64,000 nucleotides of DNA from an uncultured delta proteobacterium (GTDB lineage Bacteria; Desulfobacterota; Desulfobaccia; Desulfobaccales; 0-14-0-80-60-11). Shown in pieces: positions 11,416 to 21,321 of the stretch (within the stretch, counting starts at the first letter, position 1; each line of letters begins with the position of its first letter). Below the pieces are notes generated by a model. It searched no databases and was not told the DNA's origin. It saw only the letters and a list, made by a program, of their open reading frames with translations. Location: positions 736,001 through 800,000 of the forward strand of contig CAWETI010000003.1 of NCBI GenBank assembly GCA_963812015.1. Direction: 5' to 3'. Made by a program: the position numbers and the translations under genes.

Positions 11416-12939
11416 ATGACGACCAAACCTGTGCTGGTCACCGGATCAACGGGATATGTGGGGGGTAGGCTGGCACCCAAATTATTGGACTTGGGCTACC
11501 GGGTGCGGGCCCTGGGCAGATCAATCGCTAAGTTGCAGGCCCGGCCCTGGGCCAGACACCCCCTGGTGGAGTTGGCCCGAGGCGATGTCCTGGACTACGA
11601 ATCCTTGTTGGCAGCGGCGCAGGGCTGCCGGGCGGCCTTTTATCTAGTCCATTCCATGGTGGCCGACCCCAAGGGGTTTACCGAGACCGACCGCACGGCG
11701 GCCCAAAATATGGCACGCGCCGCGGCCGCGGCCGGATTGGAACATGTCATCTATTTGGGCGGACTGGGTAGCACCGAGGACCCCCACCTGAGCCAGCATC
11801 TCCGCTCCCGCCATGAGGTGGCGGAGATCCTGCAATCAGGCCCAGTGCCGGTCACCTTCCTCCGGGCGGCGATGATCCTGGGGTCGGGAAGTGCTTCTTT
11901 TGAGATACTGCGCTATCTGGTGGACCGCCTACCGGTCATGATAACCCCCCGCTGGGTGCACAACCCGGTGCAACCCATTGCCATCCGCAATGTCCTCAAT
12001 TATCTGCAAGGCTGCCTGGAACATGAAGAAACCTGGGGGGAAACCTTCGACATCGGCGGCCCGGAGGTGTTGACCTACCGGCAATTATTCGACATTTATG
12101 CCGAAGAAGCCCATATTCGACGACGTCTCATCATCCCGGTGCCGGTCCTGACGCCCACCTTGAGCTCTTACTGGATCCATCTGGTCACCCCGGTCCCGGC
12201 GAGCATCGCCAGGCCCCTGGCCGAGGGGCTGAGCAACCCGGTAGTCTGCAAGGACAATCGCATCCGGGCCATCATTCCCCAAGAGCTTTTGGATTGCCGC
12301 CAAACCATCCGGCTGGCGCTGGAGCGGGTGAAGCAGCAGCGAATCGACACCTGTTGGATGGATGCCGGCGGCGCCGTTACTCCGGAATGGACCTACTGTG
12401 GAGACACCAGTTATGCCGGCGGCACCGTTTTAGAGTGCGGCTACTCTGTCCAGGTCCAGGCGACTCCCGAAGAAGTCTGGCAGCCCATCATCAGGATGGG
12501 AGGAGAGACCGGCTATTATTTCGGCAACTCTTTGTGGCGGCTGCGGGGCTGGATAGATCGACTCCGGGGGGGGATCGGGTTTCGAGGCGGCCGACGCCAT
12601 CCCCTGGAACTCCAGGCGGGAGATGCCCTGGATTTTTGGCGGGTTCTGGATATCGAGCCCCCCCATCGCCTCCTGTTGTTGGCCGAAATGAAACTGCCGG
12701 GGGAGGCCGTCCTGGAGTTTCACCTTACCCCCCAAGGAGATGGCAAGGTGGAACTTAAACAAACCGCAAGATTTTTGCCCCGGGGCCTGGCGGGCATCGT
12801 TTATTGGTACAGTCTGCTTCCCTTCCACCACTGGATTTATCGGGGCATGTTGGCAGCCATGGCCGCGGTGGCGGGAAAACCAGTGGTGAAAGGGCCGGAA
12901 CCGTATGGCCGCGGCACCCGCAAGTCGGCCAGGAAATAA
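11416..12939 (+). CDS. SDR family NAD(P)-binding protein with DUF2867 domain (YbjT-like)
   Basis: VLVTGSTGYVGG Rossmann motif, LRAAMILGSGSASFE, AEMKLPGEAVLEF. Confidence 0.88.
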   Translation: MTTKPVLVTGSTGYVGGRLAPKLLDLGYRVRALGRSIAKLQARPWARHPLVELARGDVLDYESLLAAAQGCRAAFYLVHSMVADPKGFTETDRTAAQNMARAAAAAGLEHVIYLGGLGSTEDPHLSQHLRSRHEVAEILQSGPVPVTFLRAAMILGSGSASFEILRYLVDRLPVMITPRWVHNPVQPIAIRNVLNYLQGCLEHEETWGETFDIGGPEVLTYRQLFDIYAEEAHIRRRLIIPVPVLTPTLSSYWIHLVTPVPASIARPLAEGLSNPVVCKDNRIRAIIPQELLDCRQTIRLALERVKQQRIDTCWMDAGGAVTPEWTYCGDTSYAGGTVLECGYSVQVQATPEEVWQPIIRMGGETGYYFGNSLWRLRGWIDRLRGGIGFRGGRRHPLELQAGDALDFWRVLDIEPPHRLLLLAEMKLPGEAVLEFHLTPQGDGKVELKQTARFLPRGLAGIVYWYSLLPFHHWIYRGMLAAMAAVAGKPVVKGPEPYGRGTRKSARK

Positions 12940-12957
12940 CCATTATCCACTGTCGCC

Positions 12958-14298
12958 ATGAACCCCAAACGCGTGAGAACCTTGAAGCCGGGAAACCTCA
13001 AGAAAGGACCGGTGATTTACTGGATGAGCCGGGACCAACGCACACGGGATAATTGGGCTCTCTTGTTCTCCCGGGAATTGTCACAACAGGAAAAAATGCC
13101 GCTGGCAGTGGTTTTCTGCCTGGTGCCCCAGTTCTTGGGAGCCACCTTCCGCCAATACGCCTTCATGATCCAGGGACTTGCCGAAGTCGAACAGAACCTG
13201 GCGGAAAAAAATATCTCCTTTCATCTTCTGGTAGGCTCCCCGGAAGTGAAGCTGCCCGAATTTTTGCGCAAATATGGAGCTGGTTGTCTGGTCACGGATT
13301 TCGATCCCCTGCGCCTGAAAAGGGTTTGGAAGGAGGCGGTGACAAAGAAACTCCATATACCCTTCTTCGAGGTGGATGCTCATAACATTGTCCCTTGTTG
13401 GGTAGCTGCGGATAAAAAGGAATATGGGGCTTATACCCTTCGCCCCAAGATTCTGCGCGCCTTACCGGAATTTTTAGATGAGTTCCCTCCCTTGCATAAA
13501 CAGGAGATGGTGTGGGGAGAACCATCAGCTCCTTTAGATTGGCAGGGGATTCTGGCTGGATTGAGCGTGGATCGCGCCGTGCCCGAAGTCAGTGGGTTTA
13601 AGCCGGGAGAAAGGGCGGCGTGGGCGGTATTGGGGGATTTCTTAGAAAATAAGCTCCCTTTTTACCCCGAAGGTCGCAATGACCCTACCCGGGACGGACA
13701 ATCTAACCTGTCCCCGTACCTGCATTTTGGTCAGATAGCGGCGCAAAGAATTGCCCTGGAAGTGGAAGATTCACCAGCAGGAACAAAGGCGAAAGAGTCT
13801 TTTTTGGAAGAACTGATCGTGCGGCGGGAGCTTGCCGACAATTTCTGCTTTTACAATATCCAATATGATTCCTTTGCTGGTTTTCCCTCGTGGGCACAGA
13901 AGACCCTCGATGAGCATCGCCGCGATCCCAGGGAATACCTTTATACCCTGGCGCAGTTCGAACAGGCTCAGACCCACGACAACCTCTGGAACGCGGCGCA
14001 GTTGGAGATGGTGCAGACCGGCAAGATGCATGGCTACATGAGGATGTATTGGGCCAAGAAAATCTTGGAATGGACCAGATCTCCGGAAGAGGCAACGCAG
14101 ATCGCCATTTATCTCAATGACCGCTATGAGCTGGACGGCCGGGACCCGAATGGTTATACCGGCATCGCCTGGAGCCTGGGCGGAGTCCACGACCGGGCCT
14201 GGGGGGAACGCCAGGTCTTCGGCAAAATCCGTTATATGAGCTACAATGGCTGTAAATCAAAGTTTAACGTGAACGCGTATATGAAAAAATATCTTTAG
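12958..14298 (+). CDS. phrB: class II CPD DNA photolyase
   Basis: YWMSRDQR..DNWAL, SNLSPYLHFGQI, MHGYMRMYWAKKILEW, LDGRDPNGY. Confidence 0.93.
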   Translation: MNPKRVRTLKPGNLKKGPVIYWMSRDQRTRDNWALLFSRELSQQEKMPLAVVFCLVPQFLGATFRQYAFMIQGLAEVEQNLAEKNISFHLLVGSPEVKLPEFLRKYGAGCLVTDFDPLRLKRVWKEAVTKKLHIPFFEVDAHNIVPCWVAADKKEYGAYTLRPKILRALPEFLDEFPPLHKQEMVWGEPSAPLDWQGILAGLSVDRAVPEVSGFKPGERAAWAVLGDFLENKLPFYPEGRNDPTRDGQSNLSPYLHFGQIAAQRIALEVEDSPAGTKAKESFLEELIVRRELADNFCFYNIQYDSFAGFPSWAQKTLDEHRRDPREYLYTLAQFEQAQTHDNLWNAAQLEMVQTGKMHGYMRMYWAKKILEWTRSPEEATQIAIYLNDRYELDGRDPNGYTGIAWSLGGVHDRAWGERQVFGKIRYMSYNGCKSKFNVNAYMKKYL

Positions 14299-14301
14299 CC
14301 T

Positions 14302-15258
14302 ATGTCTATGCTTACGAAAATTCGATTGGGAATCAGCGCCTGCCTGCTAGGTGAGAAAGTCCGCTTTGACGGCGGGCATAAGTGGGATCGTTTCATTACC
14401 GAGACCCTGGGGAAGTTTGTGGAGTTTGTTCCGGTCTGCCCGGAAGTGGAGTGCGGCCTGGGCATTCCCCGGGAAGCCATGCACCTGGTGGCGGCTCCCG
14501 AGGGCCCCCGGCTTGTTACCGTCCGCACCCAGGTGGATTACACGGAGCGCATGCTGGCCTGGGCCCGGAAACGTGTCGTGGAGTTGGAGCAGAAAGATCT
14601 GTGTGGCTTTATTTTTAAAAGCGACTCCCCCAGCAGCGGCATGGAGAGGGTAAAAATTTACTCTGGCAAGGGAGGGCCGGCCAAGACCGGGGTGGGGATG
14701 TTCGCCCGGGAATTTATGCAGCATTTTCCCCTGTTACCCGTGGAAGAGGAAGGGCGCCTGCATGACCCCGGCCTGCGGGAAAACTTCCTGGAACGTCTTT
14801 TTTCCTTAAAGCGTTGGCGGGACACCCTTGCTCTAGGTCCCAAGCCGGGACATCTGGTGGATTTTCACACCCGCCACAAGTTGCTCATCATGTCTCACAG
14901 TCCGAAACACTACCAAACCCTGGGAAAGCTTGTGGCACAGATGAAAGAATTGCCCCTGGCCAAAATCTACGAGCAATACCAGTCACTGCTCATGGAAGCC
15001 CTGCGCCTCAAGACCACTTGCAAAAAAAACGTCAATGTCCTGCTCCATGTGATGGGCTACTTCAAGAAAAATCTGTCATCCGCCGAAAAAGAAGAATTAT
15101 TGCAAATTATCAACAATTACCGGCAGGGCTATATTCCCCTGATTGTTCCGATAACCCTCCTCAATCATTTCGTGCGCAAATATGACCAGGCTTACCTGCA
15201 GAGCCAGTATTATTTAGATCCCCACCCCTTGGAGTTGAAATTACGCAACCACGTCTGA
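14302..15258 (+). CDS. DUF523/DUF1722 (YbgA-like) protein
   Basis: ISACLLGEKVRFDGGHK, VCPEVECGLG, SPSSG, HVMGYFKK. Confidence 0.9.
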   Translation: MSMLTKIRLGISACLLGEKVRFDGGHKWDRFITETLGKFVEFVPVCPEVECGLGIPREAMHLVAAPEGPRLVTVRTQVDYTERMLAWARKRVVELEQKDLCGFIFKSDSPSSGMERVKIYSGKGGPAKTGVGMFAREFMQHFPLLPVEEEGRLHDPGLRENFLERLFSLKRWRDTLALGPKPGHLVDFHTRHKLLIMSHSPKHYQTLGKLVAQMKELPLAKIYEQYQSLLMEALRLKTTCKKNVNVLLHVMGYFKKNLSSAEKEELLQIINNYRQGYIPLIVPITLLNHFVRKYDQAYLQSQYYLDPHPLELKLRNHV

Positions 15259-15292
15259 AGATTCCAGAATTGAGTGCTGTCCGCCCTACGCA

Positions 15293-15790
15293 TTAACGCC
15301 TGGTCAGCACTTGATAGACCGTAAGCAGCAAGGCGCTCCACCACCCGGCAAAGGAAAGCACGAAAGCGAGGGCGATCTTCTTTTGCATTTCCGGAGGTAA
15401 AAGCTCCGAGGCCTGCCCCTCGCGTTCTCGCCTTAGAAGAAACGGGCTTACTTTGAAAGAAAGGAAAAAGCCGTTCATGATCAGCACGATGGCAATTACT
15501 GCTTGTAAGGCTAAACAAAAAGTCCAGCCATGATGACTATGAAAAATCCAGGCTCCCAAGATGGCCAGGGTTATTCCCAGCCAGATCAAGGGCTTGGTTA
15601 CCTTGTGGGTGCGAGTAGTGGCTTCGGTCCAATACGCTGATTTTCTTCCCAGAAAGCCGTGCAGGTCAATGACCGTGACCGCTCCCAAGCCGATGACAAA
15701 TCCTGCCAGGTGAATAAAGAGGCCAAAGAATTCCTTCCAGGTGTAACTTTCCATACAGCCAAGCTCCTCTGCGGTCTTTGCCCACCACAA
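15293..15790 (-). CDS. hypothetical multi-pass membrane protein
   Basis: Four hydrophobic segments; start uncertain. Confidence 0.6.
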   Translation of the reverse strand: MWWAKTAEELGCMESYTWKEFFGLFIHLAGFVIGLGAVTVIDLHGFLGRKSAYWTEATTRTHKVTKPLIWLGITLAILGAWIFHSHHGWTFCLALQAVIAIVLIMNGFFLSFKVSPFLLRREREGQASELLPPEMQKKIALAFVLSFAGWWSALLLTVYQVLTRR

Positions 15791-15841
15791 TCCACGCCGT
15801 GTAAATCAGCCCGCCTACCCCTGCAATTATAGGATAGCCGG

Positions 15842-16363
15842 TCACTTGGCCGGATTGTAGGTCGGGGCGGTGGCTGGCGCCTTGCCTTTGAGAAACTCCT
15901 GATAATACCGGTAGGTAAGGGGCCGGCCCTCCTTTAGAACTTCAGCATTCACTGTATCCCCAATAAAGATGGTATGGGTGCCCAGATCAATCTGGTCGAT
16001 AACCTTTGCCTCCAAAACCGACAGCGCATGCTCCACAACCAGGGGGCAGCCGGTAATCCCGATCTTATAATTCACCTTGCTGAGCTTGTCCACATCCCGA
16101 CCCGACCGGAAACCGAAAGGTCCCAGGAAGGTCATGGGGGCCGACTCATCCAGCACGGAGACCCCAAACAGCCCACTTTTTGAAATAAATTCGTGGGTCA
16201 GGTTCTGCTTATTGACGATTACCGCCACCCTGGCCGGGTCGGAAGTGACCTGGATAACGGTGTTGACAATCTGACCGTTCAACCGGTCTCCATCCAACGA
16301 AGTAACGATATAGAGACCATAACTTAAATCTCGGAAAGCCCTGCGGTCGAATTCCGGACTCAT
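15842..16363 (-). CDS. flavin reductase family protein
   Basis: LSYGLYIVTS, FGFRSGRDVDK, GTHTIFIG. Confidence 0.88.
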   Translation of the reverse strand: MSPEFDRRAFRDLSYGLYIVTSLDGDRLNGQIVNTVIQVTSDPARVAVIVNKQNLTHEFISKSGLFGVSVLDESAPMTFLGPFGFRSGRDVDKLSKVNYKIGITGCPLVVEHALSVLEAKVIDQIDLGTHTIFIGDTVNAEVLKEGRPLTYRYYQEFLKGKAPATAPTYNPAK

Positions 16364-16410
16364 AGCTTACCTCTCCTTTACCTACTCTGTTAGCTTATCG
16401 CCATGTTCTG

Positions 16411-16740
16411 TCACGGGTTGGCGGCGACAACCGGGAACCCGGCCTGTTGCCAGGCTGCCACTCCGCCCAGAAGCGCCCTGGCGTTCACGTATCCTTGCTG
16501 GTTGAACTCTGCTGCCACCCGGGCAGAGGTATGCTCACTGCTTCAGACACAGTAAAAAACAATTTCCTGATCCTTGGACAGAGAAGGAAGCTTTGCCCGG
16601 AACTCGGGGAGGGAGATGGCCCCTTCCAATCGCAGGCTCTTGAACTGCTCTTCGCTGTCATAGGCGCAGACGAGCAGAGCGTTTTCCACTCGCAGCTTCT
16701 GATAGGTTTCCTCTGGAGTTATGCGGCTCACCTTGGTCAT
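16411..16740 (-). CDS. rhodanese-like selenoprotein (CxU)
   Basis: Frame continues past TGA 16543-16545: IVFYCV-U-SSEHTSARVAAEF..GY.NARALLGGVAAWQQAG (rhodanese C-terminal motif); hairpin CTGCC-CGGGT-GGCAG follows the UGA. Confidence 0.85.
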
Positions 16741-16784
16741 AGGTCGTTCCTTATTGATAGCTGTGGGGTCCTGTTTCCGAAAAA

Positions 16785-17183
16785 TCAGGGAGCGGTTGAG
16801 CCCTCGCCTGCCCCAATCAGCGGTAGAATTTTGTCCACTTGAAAGAACACCAGGAAACGGGGCCCCGGCTTCTCTTGTCCGGGAGGATAGGTCCGCCGGC
16901 GCAGGGAGCGCAAGAGTTCGGTATCCTGTTCTTCCTTTATTTTGGTCAGGTAAAGTCTCTTGCCTTTATAACTCGGGCCGTCTTCCATGAAGAGATAGGC
17001 CGCGTGGGGTCTGGATTGGAGGTTGCTGTGAGTCAGACGCTGGGGCATGATGAAAGCTATGGTCTGGTCGTCAAAGACGTGGGGCCTAGAGAAAATCGCC
17101 ATATTCACCCGGCCTTGATCGTCAGAAGTGGCCAAAACCCCATGCCCTTTGGCATTGTCGAAATAATTGCGCAAATCCATCAT
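16785..17183 (-). CDS. pyridoxamine 5'-phosphate oxidase-like FMN-binding protein
   Basis: G.GVLATSD..G.VN.AIFSRPH, RLTH.NL..RPHAAYLF; start taken at MMDLR. Confidence 0.8.
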   Translation of the reverse strand: MMDLRNYFDNAKGHGVLATSDDQGRVNMAIFSRPHVFDDQTIAFIMPQRLTHSNLQSRPHAAYLFMEDGPSYKGKRLYLTKIKEEQDTELLRSLRRRTYPPGQEKPGPRFLVFFQVDKILPLIGAGEGSTAP

Positions 17184-17240
17184 TGACCTCCGAGGCACCA
17201 TTTCACATTAGACCTGTCTTTCCAGTGATAAGTCAGGAGT

Positions 17241-17399
17241 TCACTCACTCTCGAACATATCTTTGCCCGCGCCGCAGACGGGGCAGACCCAGGAGTCAGG
17301 CAGATTTTCAAAAGCTGTCCCGGGGGCAACGCCGGCGTCAGGGTCCCCCGCCGCTGGATCATAAACATAACCACAGGCCTGGCAGGTAAATTGTTTCAT
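17241..17399 (-). CDS. rubredoxin
   Basis: [61 protein letters not shown]. Confidence 0.95.
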   Translation of the reverse strand: MKQFTCQACGYVYDPAAGDPDAGVAPGTAFENLPDSWVCPVCGAGKDMFESE

Positions 17400-17444
17400 T
17401 CTTTAACTCCTTTCAAGATAAAAGACTTGAGCAAATTTATCTCC

Positions 17445-17786
17445 TCAGCCGCCCTTTGCCAGTTCCTTGAGGTACTCCTCGGCGGGCTGGAAACCAGCGA
17501 ACCGGTGCTTCTCTTCCCCATCTGGAGAGAAGAGGATGGTGGTGGGCGCACCTGTGACCTGGAACTGCCGAACTAAGTCCATGTGTGCGCGCCCCTCAAG
17601 GCGTATGGGGATGAAGCGTTCATTCAGGGCCTGAACCACGGCGGGATCTTGGTGGGTCTCACGGACCAACCGGCCGCAGTGTGGTCATCCCTCCATAAAG
17701 AATTCCAGTGCGAGAGGACGATTAACTTTTTTCGCCTCGTCCAACGCCTCCTGCCAGTCCATATGCCACTGTATCAAATCTGGCAT
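17445..17786 (-). CDS. thioredoxin-like selenoprotein (UxxC)
   Basis: MPDLIQWHMDWQEALDEAKKVNRPLALEFFMEG-U-PHCGRL...GAPTTILF; TGA 17685-17687 occupies the first Cys position of the CxxC motif. Confidence 0.88.
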
Positions 17787-17838
17787 GTCGATGATCTCCT
17801 ATCTGCCTTTCTCTTAAGCAGCGCAGGGTATAATGGGA

Positions 17839-18060
17839 TTAATGATTTGCCCCATTTTCCTGGGAGACAGCCTCGCCGAGGCCGCGATTTCTCTGTCAGC
17901 AGCCAGGCTCCCCGGGATGGCCGCAGCAATTTTGCAAATATTTCAGTTTCAGCCAATTGTTCCGCAGCAGCAGCCGGAGTTTCCTAGTCAAGGGCTCTGG
18001 GCCGGCCAAATTGGTAAAAAAGGCCCTGGGGCTGGGGCGGGTTTTCTCTTCCTCACACAT
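17839..18060 (-). CDS. small Cys-rich protein, possibly selenoprotein (CCGHPGEPGC-U)
   Basis: MCEEEKTRPSPRAFFTNL...NCCGHPGEPGC then TGA 17896-17898, followed by hairpin GCGGCCTC-GGC-GAGGCTGT; ends at 17896 if UGA is a stop. Confidence 0.6.
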
Positions 18061-18078
18061 GGCCGCTGCTTCCTCCGC

Positions 18079-18261
18079 CTATCGCTCGGCCTCTATGTCC
18101 CCGGCGGTGTGGGTGACGACGTCCAATTCCACGCAATCGTCCAGCTCTTCCGGGGTGGTGTCCTTGGCTTTTTTTAGCGCGTCCAGGGGGCACAGCTATT
18201 CATTGCCGGAGCTATCCTTTACCTTCACAAACCGTTTGCCGCGTACTGCCGATTCATCCAT
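18079..18261 (-). pseudogene. small hypothetical protein with in-frame amber
   Basis: MDESAVRGKRFVKVKDSSGNE*LCPLDALKKAKDTTPEELDDCVELDVVTHTAGDIEAER; TAG 18196-18198; SD upstream; first gene of the leftward operon. Confidence 0.6.
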
Positions 18262-18324
18262 TAGAAAGTCCTTTTCCGCCAGTTTCCCCTCGAGGTTTTA
18301 ATCAATTTTAATGAAATGTTATTA

Positions 18325-18342
18325 ACTGATAATCATTATTTT
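18325..18342. promoter_or_regulatory. Fur/PerR-like box
   Basis: ACTGATAATCATTATTTT between divergent redox genes, close to the GATAATCATTATC Fur-type core. Confidence 0.5.
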
Positions 18343-18447
18343 ATAGGTGGCAAGTTTTCCGGAACCAAAATTTTGGTAAAATCTGGTTAATGACGGGGAA
18401 TCACGCTCTGATCTTGAGTATCTTTTTAGTATACTTCAAGGTGACCT

Positions 18448-18900
18448 ATGATTGACACGGCAGAGATGAAAGAGATCGTCCAGAGTCTTCTGACCAGCCA
18501 ACGTCTGGCGGTGCTGTCCACCCAGATGTCCGGCCGGCCTTACAGCAACCTGATAGCCTTTGCCGCCACCGAAGACTTGAAATATATCTTCTTCGCCACC
18601 AGCCGGGCTACCCGTAAGTATGCCAACCTGACAGCGGAGCCTTGGGTGTCCCTGCTCATTGATAACCGCAGCAACCAAGAAAAGGATTTTGATGAGGCCT
18701 CGGCCGTGACGGTCCTGGGAACCGCTGAAGAGGCCCTCGACTCAGACCGGGAAAAATATCTACAGCTCTACCTGAAAAAGCATCCCTATCTTGAGGAGTT
18801 CGTCACCGCACCCACCTGCGCCCTCATCCGGGTCAAGGTGGAAAAATTCATTATGGTGACCCGGTTCCAGGAAGTGCGGGAGATCTATCCGGCCTCTTGA
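18448..18900 (+). CDS. pyridoxamine 5'-phosphate oxidase family protein
   Basis: LAVLST...PYSNLIAF, T.RATRKY.NL, VSLLIDNR. Confidence 0.85.
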   Translation: MIDTAEMKEIVQSLLTSQRLAVLSTQMSGRPYSNLIAFAATEDLKYIFFATSRATRKYANLTAEPWVSLLIDNRSNQEKDFDEASAVTVLGTAEEALDSDREKYLQLYLKKHPYLEEFVTAPTCALIRVKVEKFIMVTRFQEVREIYPAS

Positions 18901-19097
18901 ACCCCATGATGTGCCTCTTTAATATTGGCTCTTAACAGCGCCGGTTCGTGGGCAGCAAGTGATTTTCCCTATCTCTCCTGGCGGCGCAAAACGGCCTACA
19001 AGGGTGCGCCACCAAATACATCTTCGCGTCTTATGATTGAGGCTGAGCTAAACCTTATATCAAATGCCTGGTCGGCGCAGCTGGGTAAATGTGACGC

Positions 19098-19158
19098 TAG
19101 CTGCTATGATTCGACACTTATCACGAAGCCAAAACCTTTCCATATCCAGTCCATATCT
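19098..19158 (+). repeat. tripartite site S4 (left arm + core)
   Basis: TAGCTGCTATGATTCGACACTTATCAC; CATATCT 51 bp after CTGCTA; degenerate CGGTAAC at +43. Confidence 0.85.
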
Positions 19159-19257
19159 ATACTTCTTGGCCTGAAAAACTCCTGCCGTTCCCGCCGGTAA
19201 CCTGGGGTTCCCCTATCACCGACATCTTAAATCTTCCTCTCCACAGATGTCCGTGCC

Positions 19258-19321
19258 AGATATGAAGATCATATCTGCAATTTCTCCGACGCATTCGATA
19301 ATTGCTGGTCCTGGCAAGTTA
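19258..19321 (+). repeat. tripartite site S5 (core + right arm)
   Basis: Perfect AGATATG-AAGAT-CATATCT; GATAAT at +27, TGGCAAGTTA at +42; right arm nearly identical to S6. Confidence 0.85.
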
Positions 19322-19592
19322 TCAACTGTTTCCATTTTTAATTCCCGCCTGAAAAAAAAAATGGCCATCGCCGATCCTGTCTGAAGCGCACCTTTGACTA
19401 AGGAAATGTCAAGCAGAAAAGGACCGCGGCCGTTCCCGTAACGCTAGGCAATCGCTCTAAGGGAAATTTCTGTAGAACTTTATCAATTTAAACCCACCTG
19501 GTATATCCTTAGCGAATGGCCGGACCCCGTTGCCACACCTTTCGAGGTGCTTATATTAATAGAAATTGGATTAGTTCAACAAGCGGAGTGGG

Positions 19593-20351
19593 GTGGCCAT
19601 GCGACTCGGGGCGAGATCCTCAATGAAACCATACCTTGGAGTGTTGTTTTTCCTGTGCTATCCGGGGATATTCTTTTCCCCAGGCTTTGCACTTTGCGAC
19701 GGCACTCAGTCTGATCTGGACCACAAATTAGCCGCGGGGGAGATCATTGTCTCTTCTAAAGAAGTTCCTGGAAAATCCCTCAAATGCGCCGAGATGGTGG
19801 GAGTTGTTGATGCCCCACCGGAGATCGTTTGGCAGGTGATCACTGATGTTAATAATGCTAAGAATTTCATGCCACGAATTCGTAATAGTATGGCCGTTGC
19901 TCCGGAGAAAATTCCCGTGATTTTGCAAAGTAGAGCGACCCGAGCTGAAGAGGTGGAGCAATTACTCGGCCCTATCCCAGCAGACCCGGATAGTTATCGC
20001 ATTCCTGGGGGAACATATACCGTGTATTCATATAGCAATGTTGATTTACCGTGGCCTCTTAATAACAGATGGCATATCACCAAAGGGTTAAGGGATGAGA
20101 CTCGGGCTGCCCAACATTGCTATCACAACTCGTGGTCTCTCGTAACCGGTAACATCCGAGAAAATGCTGGTGAATGGATTTTGGAACCATTTGGCTCTGC
20201 TAAAACAAAGGCTACCTACAGGCTTTGTACCGATCCCGGTGGCGTCATTCCACAGTTCCTTGTCACGCAAGGTACTGATACAACCATGCCCCAAATCATT
20301 AAAGCGGTCAGGGAACGGGCTGCTAAGCTTTTGGGACAGCCATTATCTTGA
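19593..20351 (+). CDS. exported SRPBCC/START (polyketide cyclase-like) protein
   Basis: VVDAPPEIVWQVITD..N..FMP, LPWPLNNR, G.W.LEP, DPGG.IP. Confidence 0.8.
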   Translation: MAMRLGARSSMKPYLGVLFFLCYPGIFFSPGFALCDGTQSDLDHKLAAGEIIVSSKEVPGKSLKCAEMVGVVDAPPEIVWQVITDVNNAKNFMPRIRNSMAVAPEKIPVILQSRATRAEEVEQLLGPIPADPDSYRIPGGTYTVYSYSNVDLPWPLNNRWHITKGLRDETRAAQHCYHNSWSLVTGNIRENAGEWILEPFGSAKTKATYRLCTDPGGVIPQFLVTQGTDTTMPQIIKAVRERAAKLLGQPLS

Positions 20352-20411
20352 AATTCTAAAAGGCTCAATAAGTTAAAAGGAACGGTATTGAGGTACTGAA
20401 GAAGCTCAAGG

Positions 20412-20518
20412 CATCTGCTATGATCCAAAAATTATCACGAAGCCCAAAACCTCACTTATCCAGATCATATCTGCAATTTCCCCGACGCATTCGATAATTG
20501 CTGCTCCCTGGCAAGCTA
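20412..20518 (+). repeat. tripartite site S6 (complete)
   Basis: CTGCTA 20415, ATTATC, CAGATCATATCTG (CATATCT 20466), GATAAT 20493, TGGCAAGCTA 20509. Confidence 0.9.
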
Positions 20519-20575
20519 TATTGAATTCCAATATCTAATAAATCTTTTGGGTCCTCCTTAGCGGATCCTGCCTGC

Positions 20576-21220
20576 TTAATCTTCCCGCTTACCCCATCTC
20601 GGCAAAAACCGGGGCACCCGGCGGCAATACTCCTCGTAGGCCGCGCCGTAGCGCTCCAGGAGTTCCTTCTCCTCTAACCGGGCAATGATGCAAATTCCCG
20701 GCAACCAGAGGGCTGCCACCACGTAGGCGGCCGGGTAGTTGGCAATCAGGGCATAGCCCCAGATGAGAAGGACGATCTGGACATAGCGGGGGTGACGCAT
20801 CCGGGTGTAAATGCCGCCGGTAATTAACCCGATCGGATACTTATTCGGGGCCAATTCGGGCAGCCCCAGCATTGTGCTCAGGGCCAGGTACCGGTGTAAC
20901 AACACCCACAGCCAGATGGCGGCCACTTCAGCCAAGACCCCCAAGGCTATCAGGAAGTAGTTCGTCCCGAACTCCACGGCCAGCAGGCTCTTCCGGACCT
21001 GAAAAAGCCCCCCTCCTCCCATGCCCATGACCGTCCATACCAGGCCGTAGGTTAAGGCCGGGCCCAGCCGCCGCCAAAAGTGGATAAAAGGGTGAATTAC
21101 CAGCCAATGCAGCAGCGTCGGTGGCAATGTGACCACCAGGACCAAGGCGATATAATAACGGATCGCGTCCACTTTTTTCTTCTCATCAAAAGGTGCGGGG
21201 TCACTTCCAGCCCACCTCAT
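20576..21220 (-). CDS. isoprenylcysteine carboxylmethyltransferase/PEMT family membrane protein
   Basis: LITGGIY...RHPRY, EEKEL..RYG.AYEEY...VPRF; start uncertain. Confidence 0.85.
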   Translation of the reverse strand: MRWAGSDPAPFDEKKKVDAIRYYIALVLVVTLPPTLLHWLVIHPFIHFWRRLGPALTYGLVWTVMGMGGGGLFQVRKSLLAVEFGTNYFLIALGVLAEVAAIWLWVLLHRYLALSTMLGLPELAPNKYPIGLITGGIYTRMRHPRYVQIVLLIWGYALIANYPAAYVVAALWLPGICIIARLEEKELLERYGAAYEEYCRRVPRFLPRWGKRED

Positions 21221-21224
21221 TATT

Positions 21225-21287
21225 TATATCTACATCATATCTGGAATTTTTCCCACACAAGCGATAATTCCCGATGCTGGCAAGTTA
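21225..21287 (+). repeat. tripartite site S7 (core + right arm)
   Basis: TATATCTACATCATATCTGGAATTTTT; GATAAT at +27, TGGCAAGTTA at +42. Confidence 0.85.
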
Positions 21288-21321
21288 TCAAAAGATAGGT
21301 GATTTTCTTTCACCAGATTTA

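Noticed and set aside
18328..18356. GATAAT...TGGCAAGTT as another site copy
   Set aside because: Spacing is 20 rather than 15-16 bp and there is no core; better explained as a Fur/PerR-like box
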